IMG/VR virus record: IMGVR_UViG_3300046534_000888
Span: 1 to 56,018 of that record
DNA: 56,018 bases
Strand: one strand, 5' to 3'
DNA from: a virus
Lineage: Duplodnaviria; Caudoviricetes
How positions within the stretch are numbered: the first letter of the stretch is position 1; every line of letters starts with the position of its first letter. This document shows positions 6,117-12,811 of this stretch, in pieces. Made by a program: the position numbers and the translations under genes. Under the pieces are notes generated by a model that searched no databases, had not been told where the DNA came from, and worked only from the letters and a program-made list of their open reading frames with translations.

Positions 6117-6602
6117 CTATCGAAGTGCTGGGTAAACGTAATCACAATTCCACCAAATGTAATGGTTAAGATTGTTATCAGTATCACCATCTAAATGTCG
6201 AATATGGTGTTGCAATTCGTGCCGAAGAGTTTGTTTCCATTCGGTATCGAAATGACGACCAGTCGCGACGACAATTTTAAAATCAACGAAGTGATATGTT
6301 CCCCAAACGTCACCATTGGTGTGACCTGTGGCATATGATTCGAAACTAACAACATCGCGGAATTCGATTTGAACCTGCATATCGTATTCCATATCAACAC
6401 ATTCTTTGACAGCACGCCATTCATAATCAATGATGGCCGCCAATTCTGCGTCGGTTTTCTTATTACTGTTATTGACAATCTCTGCCCCAACATAAGGACT
6501 TGTCAACCCTGCATAAGCATTGGCAGGTTGATCGTCGGGAACACCACAAGCCGATATCGACAAAGCGAGAATCAGAGTGGAACCTAATTTATTAAGTTTC
6601 AT
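6117..6602 (-). CDS. lipoprotein with HExxH zincin-like motif
   Basis: Lipobox LSISAC; TLRHELQHH. Confidence 0.7.
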   Translation of the reverse strand: MKLNKLGSTLILALSISACGVPDDQPANAYAGLTSPYVGAEIVNNSNKKTDAELAAIIDYEWRAVKECVDMEYDMQVQIEFRDVVSFESYATGHTNGDVWGTYHFVDFKIVVATGRHFDTEWKQTLRHELQHHIRHLDGDTDNNLNHYIWWNCDYVYPALR

Positions 6603-6814
6603 GATAGTTCAATAACCTGATCATATTCATCGTCTTCATAATCACCGAGATCGTCTTCGGCAATACATTCACCGTCACCATTTGTGAACTGAAGACATAC
6701 GCAATATATGTGTTCATTGTATTGACCATGGTCGGCAAACATTGTGACGGCAAGATCACCTTTGCCTTCATCAATGAGTTCTTGTAATTTGATAATCAAA
6801 TCTTTCGCTTTCAT
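6599..6814 (-). CDS. hypothetical protein
   Basis: Acidic 71-aa ORF, ATGA overlap with next gene. Confidence 0.75.
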   Translation of the reverse strand: MKAKDLIIKLQELIDEGKGDLAVTMFADHGQYNEHIYCVCLQFTNGDGECIAEDDLGDYEDDEYDQVIELS

Positions 6815-6821
6815 AATATAG

Positions 6822-6938
6822 TTACCTTTCTTTCACGTTGAACTTCGATTTACCCTTGCGGGTGTAATCCTTTTTCTTATCACGCATCACAACAGACTTG
6901 TTGTATTTACGAGCATGTTTTGCCACGGGGTTATTCAT
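6822..6938 (-). CDS. small basic protein, ArfA-like C-terminal motif
   Basis: Hand translation MNNPVAKHARKYNKSVVMRDKKKDYTRKGKSKFNVKER; AGGAGAGG RBS. Confidence 0.65.
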   Translation of the reverse strand: MNNPVAKHARKYNKSVVMRDKKKDYTRKGKSKFNVKER

Positions 6939-6961
6939 AAACCTCTCCTAATGTTCTTACA

Positions 6962-7135
6962 AGGTGCGGTTGGTTTCGAACCAACTACAAGGGGACTAAT
7001 CCTTGACTTAGAATAAGGGCTCATTGGTAGTCCGATCCAATTACCGTTTATTCTTTTTGTGCCACTGAAATCGATAGTCCACCTAGACTAGGGTCTGGCG
7101 ATGTTTCAATTCCTTACACTTTTCTTTTCGCACCC
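6962..7135 (-). ncRNA. multi-domain tRNA-like RNA with complementary GGACTA/TAGTCY loops
   Basis: Acceptor GGGTGCG/CGCACCT and T-arm GTTGG-TTCGAAA-CCAAC enclose three hairpin domains. Confidence 0.65.
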
Positions 7136-7278
7136 TGTAAAAACACTGTGTCGTGTGAATCATAGTTTCCGCAGGATAACCATTGGACTTATTGATATTA
7201 ACCACGACCGAGTATTATTACTTTGTACATTCTAATTTATTGAAGATCAATCATCCGAGGAACACTCGAACGTTTTTC

Positions 7279-7441
7279 TATTTCTTATACATGTATTATA
7301 ACATGTTTTAAAACCTTTGTCAACAACTATTTCTAAAGAGTTAATTGAAATCGATAGTCCACCTAGACTAGGGTCTGGCGATGTTTCGATTTCTTATACA
7401 TGTATTATAACATGTTTTTAAACCTTTGTCAACAACTATTT
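7279..7441 (-). repeat. tandemly duplicated early promoter flanking a 42-bp copy (7346-7387) of 7066-7107
   Basis: atttcttatacatgtattataacatgtttt.aaacctttgtcaacaactattt occurs twice. Confidence 0.9.
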
Positions 7442-7714
7442 GACATTTATTTCTAAAGAGTTAAAGGATACATTGTATGCCTTAACTTCGTAACCTGATT
7501 CCCTAAAAGCACTATAAGCATTCTTATGGCGTTTAGCAAATTCATAAATAGTCTCGAGGTCATCAAAATCGATGCAATAAAACTCTCGGTCTCTATGACC
7601 TAACTCGATGTTTAGATCGCCATCACCATCAACGACGATATCGTTCGTAGTCCCAGGCACCAACTTGTCAAAGGGTATAGACTGTTCCAATTCCCTTTCT
7701 TCGTTAAAATTCAT
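7436..7714 (-). CDS. hypothetical early protein
   Basis: Directly downstream of early promoter cassette. Confidence 0.75.
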   Translation of the reverse strand: MNFNEERELEQSIPFDKLVPGTTNDIVVDGDGDLNIELGHRDREFYCIDFDDLETIYEFAKRHKNAYSAFRESGYEVKAYNVSFNSLEINVK

Positions 7715-7722
7715 AATATGCG

Positions 7723-7821
7723 CTTCTCAATTAATTTATACATGTATTATATCACGGTTATCGTGGTTTGTCAACAACTATTTCATAATTAGTTCGTATA
7801 TCGTTAGAACTTTTAGTTATA
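7723..7821 (-). promoter_or_regulatory. early promoter cassette (representative of about 24 copies) with upstream TATAACTAAAAGTTCTAACGATATACGAACTAA box
   Basis: TTGACA-17-TATAAT-ACATGTATAAATTAATTGAGAAG. Copies near 1986, 4723, 7286, 7395, 7983, 9090, 11494, 11850, 15649, 19081, 20518, 24188, 25896, 26960, 30793, 33430, 34927, 36117, 38625, 41376, 43668, 47850, 51232. Confidence 0.9.
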
Positions 7822-7823
7822 TT

Positions 7824-7899
7824 TGGTCCTCAATGGAAGAATCAAACTTCCCTCTATCGGTTATCAGCCGATTGTAATCAATCAATATACTAATTGAGG
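7824..7899 (-). tRNA. tRNA-Ile(GAU)
   Basis: CCTCAAT/ATTGAGG-A-CCA; ATCGG-CTGATAA-CCGAT. Confidence 0.88.
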
Positions 7900-8061
7900 G
7901 TTGCGCCGGACTTGCATCAATCGGAATCGATCAAAGCCGTGTATTGCCGGTCATACCTAAATCCCTTCGTTTCCTAATTCCTATACATGTATTATATCAC
8001 AGTCCATGTACATTGTCAACCTTTTTCTTATCTAATTGCGACAAGTTTTGTTCTATTTGCG

Positions 8062-8128
8062 ACACCCTCATAGCTTGATTCTAGCAGGGTTATCCCCTTC
8101 GAGCTATATAGCATTCAGTGTAAGCAGT
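8062..8128 (-). ncRNA. two-copy structured motif (other copy 41453-41517)
   Basis: ACTGCTTACACTGAATGCT identical in both; shared AGGG..TAACCYTGCT hairpin. Confidence 0.5.
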
Positions 8129-8130
8129 CC

Positions 8131-8160
8131 AAAAAAAACCCCGAACAAAGCCGGGGTTTC
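8131..8160 (-). terminator. intrinsic terminator of attenuator 2
   Basis: AAACCCCGG-CTTTGT-TCGGGGTTT followed by U-tract. Confidence 0.9.
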
Positions 8161-8184
8161 TGTGTTTTTGAATGGAGTTTTACT

Positions 8185-8292
8185 TCACATTCCACATAGC
8201 CCCGTGATAACCATACCACTCACTCTCGCCCAATTTCCGCGATTATTAATCGTCGGATATTGCGATATAAACTGTGATTGAATTGAAGTCAT
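8185..8292 (-). CDS. putative attenuator leader peptide 2 (35 aa)
   Basis: MTSIQSQFISQYPTINNRGNWARVSGMVITGLCGM between late promoter TATAAATA (8320-8327) and terminator; contains CGGGG antiterminator strand. Confidence 0.75.
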   Translation of the reverse strand: MTSIQSQFISQYPTINNRGNWARVSGMVITGLCGM

Positions 8293-8322
8293 GATGCTCT
8301 GTTTAATTGGTTATACGTTTAT

Positions 8323-8997
8323 TTATACAAGTTGTGAACTGTTACTTGAACTATTTTTCATTTTTTTTCGTCCAAATCCCAATCCTACAAGTCCTGCACC
8401 GAACAAAGCAAAGGTTGCAGGTTCGGGTACTTGTGCTACTGGTTCACATGTTCCTTGATTAATTGCGAAGTTACCAAAACCCCATTCCAATGGGTCCAGT
8501 GTTACTGAGCTAATGTGGGAACAATCACCAACGGTATTACTAGTTGAATGGAAACTGAATCCTGGGGTATTATTTCTACTAACATTAAACCATTCTCGTT
8601 CAGATATAGTTCCAGAGGTTTCCGCGACTGTTAACCAAGCATTATCTCTAATCGTTCGCAAGTTCGCGCCGACATTCAATGAAAAGGCGAAGGTGTTTTC
8701 TGGCATGATCAAAGTTATTATATTTTCATTTGTTATGAAGACTTCATAATCCTGACCCGGCGCTGTATTAAACCAACTATTGTCGCTAGCCAATTCCTCA
8801 TCCATTAATATAACTGGAAGTCCCCCCGACAAATCACCGTAGCGAAAGGCACTTTCATCGAATTCAAATTCGGACATGGTATAACCGCCGATGGTTGAAG
8901 GGATTACGGTTTCAGTGGAATATTCCGAATGTATTAATTGGGCATGAGCACCGAAACTCATTGTTATCATTAAAAGAAAAGCTGTTATATATTTCAT
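8323..8997 (-). CDS. PEP-CTERM sorting domain protein
   Basis: Signal peptide (...GAHA) and C-terminal VPEPATFALFGAGLVGLGFGRKK. Confidence 0.9.
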   Translation of the reverse strand: MKYITAFLLMITMSFGAHAQLIHSEYSTETVIPSTIGGYTMSEFEFDESAFRYGDLSGGLPVILMDEELASDNSWFNTAPGQDYEVFITNENIITLIMPENTFAFSLNVGANLRTIRDNAWLTVAETSGTISEREWFNVSRNNTPGFSFHSTSNTVGDCSHISSVTLDPLEWGFGNFAINQGTCEPVAQVPEPATFALFGAGLVGLGFGRKKMKNSSSNSSQLV

Positions 8998-9140
8998 AGT
9001 TTATCCTGTTTGTGGTATTATTTATACTAAAACTTAGTCAATATTGACTGTATTACTGTGATGGATATCACAATTTGTTTACATGAACCATTATAACAGG
9101 TTCTGTATCGTTTGTCAACAACTAATTAGTTTTAATAATT

Positions 9141-9249
9141 GTTGACAAGACTGTGTAGTTATGATATAATAACTAAGTCGTGCCGAGGCAGGTTGGTATA
9201 CCATAATTATCTAGTATGATACAACCCGAAGGGTTCCCCGAAGGGGTGA
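9141..9249 (+). promoter_or_regulatory. plus-strand sigma70 promoter driving a non-coding G-rich RNA (copy 1)
   Basis: TTGACA-17-TATAAT then aactaagtcgtgccgaggcaggttggtat; repeated at 51281-51350. Confidence 0.7.
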
Positions 9250-9804
9250 TCATTTAAGCTTTGGTTTACCAAATACCGATTCACGTACAACTTCACTCTT
9301 TCCAATCTTTCTATCGTATTCCAAATCATTCACCATATCAAGATCAGTGGTGTTAAAGAGCTTTCTGAGGAAGGCTTCATCGGTTACAATAGGTGCTCGG
9401 GATTTGTTCAATATGTGTTGCATCGCTCCATTAGCTTCAATCCACCAACCACTTTTCGTCAACAGTGTATTAATCTTCTTAATGACCTTGGTTTTGCTTT
9501 CCTTTTGTCCGTCATGACCAATACCTTGGATTTTATTACCTTTCCAACTCTCGTTTGATCTTGATGTACGATAGAACACGACAACATCAAGATCATCATC
9601 TTTGTCCCAATCTAAAGCAACCCAATCACTTGGTAATACATCACTTGAATTGTTGATAAAGCTACCAAGAGTGGTGCCTTTGTATGCGGTTTGCACTAAT
9701 TGAATCAGTTCAGGGCTGAATGATTTCTTGTCGGAAGTTGTGAGGAATTCCCAAGAGTTCTTCTTTAGGGATAATTCTTTCAGATACTCTTTATATGTTT
9801 TCAT
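9250..9804 (-). CDS. hypothetical late protein with capsid-targeting-like N-terminus
   Basis: Starts MKTYKEYLKE just after TATAAATA (9810-9817); the longer ORF start lies in a tRNA. Confidence 0.8.
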   Translation of the reverse strand: MKTYKEYLKELSLKKNSWEFLTTSDKKSFSPELIQLVQTAYKGTTLGSFINNSSDVLPSDWVALDWDKDDDLDVVVFYRTSRSNESWKGNKIQGIGHDGQKESKTKVIKKINTLLTKSGWWIEANGAMQHILNKSRAPIVTDEAFLRKLFNTTDLDMVNDLEYDRKIGKSEVVRESVFGKPKLK

Positions 9805-9828
9805 ACAGTTATTTATAACTATAGAAAA

Positions 9829-9911
9829 TGGTACGCCGAATCGGATTCGAACCGATAAAGGTCTTGCGTTTGAAGCAAGTAGCTGTGCCAATTTACATTA
9901 ACCACCGGCGC
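9829..9911 (-). tRNA. tRNA-Leu(CAA), short variable arm
   Basis: CTTGC-TTCAAAC-GCAAG; enlarged D-loop. Confidence 0.85.
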
Positions 9912-9919
9912 TTAACCTT

Positions 9920-10138
9920 TTAAACTGTCTCTGTGCGTGCCTGTTCGATCAAAGCAATGTGCTTTCTAATCCACCGCATGAATAGAATAGCCTTGTCTTG
10001 GGCGTTCATAGCTGCCGTACCAACGTCATTTGTGGGAACGGGAAATTCAAACCCACATTCAGTTGTATACCATAACTCATCTTCCTTGAAGAAGAGGAAT
10101 GTCACTTTCTTGTTTTTGATCATATCTTTGATATTCAT
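9920..10138 (-). CDS. hypothetical protein
   Basis: 72-aa ORF with AGGA RBS. Confidence 0.8.
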   Translation of the reverse strand: MNIKDMIKNKKVTFLFFKEDELWYTTECGFEFPVPTNDVGTAAMNAQDKAILFMRWIRKHIALIEQARTETV

Positions 10139-10160
10139 AATATTTCCTGTATTGTTATAA

Positions 10161-10289
10161 TTTGACCACGGGCTTCAACTCCGCAACCCGAAACAGTGAT
10201 CGTATCACTTCTTTAAGGTAGTCTTGCAAGTGTTTAAGATTATGAGTCTTTACTTACTTGTTCAATCTATGCTTACGCATTTGGTCAAA
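10161..10289 (-). ncRNA. candidate structured RNA inside tRNA cluster
   Basis: Closed by tttgacca/tggtcaaa with internal hairpins; no ORF. Confidence 0.35.
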
Positions 10290-10292
10290 ATT

Positions 10293-10369
10293 TGGTGGAA
10301 TGCCGCGGATTCGAACCGCGATCAGCCGGAGTAAGAGTCCGGTATAATTGCCATTTATAATAGCATTCC
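10293..10369 (-). tRNA. tRNA-Lys(CUU)
   Basis: CCGGA-CTCTTAC-TCCGG. Confidence 0.9.
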
Positions 10370-10374
10370 ATATT

Positions 10375-10457
10375 TGGTAGGCAAGGAGGGAGTCGAACCC
10401 TCAAAGGTCTGGATTTTAAGTCCAGTAGCTGTACCAATTTACATTAACCACCTGCCC
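10375..10457 (-). tRNA. tRNA-Leu(UAA), short variable arm
   Basis: CTGGA-CTTAAAA-TCCAG. Confidence 0.85.
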
Positions 10458-10463
10458 ATAATT

Positions 10464-10546
10464 TGGTACGTCGAGAGGGATTCGAACCCTCAAAGGTCTA
10501 GTGTCTAAAACTAGTAGCTGTGCCAATTTACATTAACCACCGACGC
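10464..10546 (-). tRNA. tRNA-Leu(UAG), short variable arm
   Basis: CTAGT-TTTAGAC-ACTAG. Confidence 0.85.
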
Positions 10547-10570
10547 TTAATCTTTTATGTCAACATTTTA

Positions 10571-10837
10571 TTAAAATTGTTTACTGGCCTGTCGGATAAT
10601 CCGAACAAATGTTTCCAGTAAATCTGTATCATTCAATAATTCGAAATGTATACGCTGCGCTTCACTTAAATGTATTGCTGTTGCCTGATGTTGCTTACGC
10701 TCTTTGTTACTGCAAAGCAGTTTAATACCAGTATCGTCAATGTAATAATTCTGCCATTGCATGGTTTCTTTAGAAAAGAGCCCCAGTAATTTTATTTCAT
10801 ACAGGATTTTGTCGTACATTATATCACGCATGTTCAT
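10571..10837 (-). CDS. hypothetical protein
   Basis: Start moved to MNMRD (AAGGA RBS); longer start overlaps tRNA-Glu. Confidence 0.7.
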   Translation of the reverse strand: MNMRDIMYDKILYEIKLLGLFSKETMQWQNYYIDDTGIKLLCSNKERKQHQATAIHLSEAQRIHFELLNDTDLLETFVRIIRQASKQF

Positions 10838-10863
10838 AATCTTGTTCCTTAATTGCATAAACT

Positions 10864-10937
10864 TGGTACACCATAGGGGAGTCGAACCCCTCTTCACGGA
10901 TTGAAAACCCGTTGTCCTACCGATAGACGAATGGTGC
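10864..10937 (-). tRNA. tRNA-Glu(UUC)
   Basis: ACGGG-TTTTCAA-TCCGT. Confidence 0.9.
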
Positions 10938-10944
10938 ATAAACT

Positions 10945-11020
10945 TGGTGGGCCCACGGAGATTCGAACTCCGATAACCGGATTAAAAGTCCGGGATAATT
11001 GCCCTTTATATTATAGGCCC
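10945..11020 (-). tRNA. tRNA-Lys(UUU)
   Basis: CCGGA-CTTTTAA-TCCGG. Confidence 0.9.
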
Positions 11021-11025
11021 ATATT

Positions 11026-11116
11026 TGGTGCAGCGCCTGGGGTTCGAACCCAGAGTGGGAGTTTCCTCTCGCCGGATTAAAAGTCCGGTACCTTCAGCCA
11101 ATTCGGTCAACGCTAC
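11026..11116 (-). tRNA. tRNA-Lys(UUU) with long variable arm
   Basis: CCGGA-CTTTTAA-TCCGG plus V-arm GAGAG-GAAA-CTCCC. Confidence 0.85.
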
Positions 11117-11122
11117 GTTGTT

Positions 11123-11197
11123 TGGTGTCTCTGAAGGGAATTGAACCCTCTACTCTTGGGTGAAAGCCAAGCGATCTAACCGGTAATCCACAGAGAC
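11123..11197 (-). tRNA. tRNA-Glu(UUC)
   Basis: CTTGG-CTTTCAC-CCAAG. Confidence 0.9.
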
Positions 11198-11216
11198 ATA
11201 TTCTTTAAATTTATTT

Positions 11217-11292
11217 TGGGGTGCAGCTTGGGTTTCGAACCCAACCCTCATGAGTCACAGTCATGCATGCTTCCAGTTACACCTGCCGCACC
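11217..11292 (-). tRNA. tRNA-His(GUG)
   Basis: G-1/C73; CATGA-CTGTGAC-TCATG. Confidence 0.9.
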
Positions 11293-11317
11293 CCAAAATA
11301 AACTTTTCTTCTCCCAT

Positions 11318-11350
11318 AAAAAAACCCGCATTAGGAGAATAATGCGGGTT
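11318..11350 (-). terminator. intrinsic terminator of attenuator 1
   Basis: AACCCGCATTA-TTCTCC-TAATGCGGGTT followed by U-tract. Confidence 0.92.
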
Positions 11351-11377
11351 AAATAAGCTTCTTATTGTCAGTTATTA

Positions 11378-11455
11378 TTAGCTGAAGCTTACCATTCCCG
11401 CGCATGATTTCTCATGCTTCTCGAGTTGTTCTAGTTTTAGTAATAATGTTTTCAT
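11378..11455 (-). CDS. putative attenuator leader peptide 1 (25 aa, Leu/Lys/Glu/His-rich)
   Basis: MKTLLLKLEQLEKHEKSCAGMVSFS, triple TAA; 5 nt after TATAAATA (11461-11468); GCGGG antiterminator strand. Confidence 0.8.
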   Translation of the reverse strand: MKTLLLKLEQLEKHEKSCAGMVSFS

Positions 11456-11460
11456 GTGTT

Positions 11461-11522
11461 TATTTATACAAGTTAATTGTTTAATGTGTAACTATTATAA
11501 CATAGTTTCGTGTGTTTGTCAA
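11461..11522 (-). promoter_or_regulatory. tandem early (TTGACA-17-TATAAT) and late (TATAAATA) promoters of the tRNA cluster
   Basis: attataacatagtttcgtgtgtttgtcaa and tatttata on + strand. Confidence 0.85.
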
Positions 11523-11555
11523 CCTTTTTCTTTCTTTTTCTTAGGGCCCATTATT

Positions 11556-11843
11556 TCACCTATTTAACGTAGGGTTTGACCAACCTGTAAAGTCCTTACA
11601 GAATGTCACAGTTATATCGATATGCAAGGAATGCAGTGCTGCCAACTCCAAGAATACTTCAAAATCGAATCCTTGCCGTGTAGTGTTGTCTGGTTCCATC
11701 AATACAATACCATCAAGATAATTCTGACCTTCCAGAGTACCCCATAGTAAATTGATCAATTCGAACACTCTACTATAGTTTCGTTGTAATAACGAGTCAG
11801 GGAATTCATCAAAGAATTTGTCAGGTATATTTAATGTTTTCAT
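11556..11843 (-). CDS. hypothetical protein
   Basis: LLWG...YL...RQGF..EV..EL pattern recalled from proteobacterial hypotheticals. Confidence 0.7.
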   Translation of the reverse strand: MKTLNIPDKFFDEFPDSLLQRNYSRVFELINLLWGTLEGQNYLDGIVLMEPDNTTRQGFDFEVFLELAALHSLHIDITVTFCKDFTGWSNPTLNR

Positions 11844-11855
11844 GTATACATTATA

Positions 11856-12053
11856 TCATGTATCGATGGGCTTGTCAACCTTTAATTTAGGGTTTTTCGA
11901 ATTAAATCCTGCTCGCCACCCTTCCATGAAGATCTTGTAATCAATCGACCTTTGCTTGCTTTCCTTTGTCTCATGCCATCCACGCCAAAGTGTGGTCGTG
12001 TATGATCGACAAGGCGGTGGTGGTGGTGGGTTAGGTATCGTCACGCTTATCAA
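11856..12053 (-). CDS. hypothetical Pro-rich protein
   Basis: ORF track; abuts neighbours. Confidence 0.55.
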   Translation of the reverse strand: MISVTIPNPPPPPPCRSYTTTLWRGWHETKESKQRSIDYKIFMEGWRAGFNSKNPKLKVDKPIDT

Positions 12054-12424
12054 ACGTTATTTAAAGTAAGGTCCAATGAATTCGGTGACCCAGGCGGTAG
12101 TGTTACCGCTTCGCCGTTTCGAGTACCAAACATGATCTCATTAGAGAATCCAGATTCCCCAGCAAAGTTATAAGCGGTCATTGTGCAATAATTAACACCA
12201 TTATCATCTGCAAGATTAACGATAGATAATGCAATTTCAGTCACGCCTCCGCCACCAATTAATGTGTTTGTTGTGTATATACCCAATTCGGTTCCACAAT
12301 AAAGATTAAAACCATCAGCAGCGGCATCCGCAGGCGTCCATGTAATTTTATGTGGAGTCCCATGATCTGCATCGGCGGTGCACCCACCAAGAATCAAAGC
12401 AATTGCTAATATTAATATTTTCAT
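12050..12424 (-). CDS. lipoprotein with fibronectin type III-like domain
   Basis: Lipobox LGGC; ITW.P...GFNLYCG...YC.MTAYN.AGES..SNE. Confidence 0.75.
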   Translation of the reverse strand: MKILILAIALILGGCTADADHGTPHKITWTPADAAADGFNLYCGTELGIYTTNTLIGGGGVTEIALSIVNLADDNGVNYCTMTAYNFAGESGFSNEIMFGTRNGEAVTLPPGSPNSLDLTLNNV

Positions 12425-12426
12425 TT

Positions 12427-12807
12427 CTATACCTTGAGTTTGGGGTCGTTCGATTTGAAATCTTTCTTTCTCATGATGGTTTTGGTGACCATTTCCTTAT
12501 CTTTCGACCTATCATTAATAACGAATGGTATATTTACATCGTTTGCAACATCATTGATAACCGCTTCGAAGTTATTAGGAAACTCTGCCATCTTCTTACC
12601 GATTTTCTTCCATGCAGCCTTAAATAAATGAATGAGTTCCGCAGCAGTAATAGGTTTACCATTGCGGTCGTCATTCATTCGATCTGCGAAATGTCGGGTA
12701 AATGACACATCGATGTTCGCCTTGGCGAACAGTTTATCGGCGAACTTCTCAACTTGGTTGAGTTGATCTTGGGTTATTTCTTCGGTATAGGCTTTAAATG
12801 ATTTCAT
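12427..12807 (-). CDS. hypothetical late protein, capsid-targeting-like N-terminus
   Basis: MKSFKAYTEE after TATAAATA (12813-12820). Confidence 0.8.
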   Translation of the reverse strand: MKSFKAYTEEITQDQLNQVEKFADKLFAKANIDVSFTRHFADRMNDDRNGKPITAAELIHLFKAAWKKIGKKMAEFPNNFEAVINDVANDVNIPFVINDRSKDKEMVTKTIMRKKDFKSNDPKLKV

Positions 12808-12811
12808 AAGT

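Noticed and set aside
7066-7107. HDV-like (theta) ribozyme
   Set aside because: Could not map the nested double-pseudoknot consensus, and the element is not at a tRNA 3' end.
10558-10566. Internal early promoter in tRNA block 1 (TTGACA)
   Set aside because: No -10 hexamer at the expected spacing.
120-11292. Suppressor tRNA or stop-codon recoding
   Set aside because: No CUA, UUA or UCA anticodon found. Conserved genes are intact in the standard code and end in TAA, TAG or TGA.
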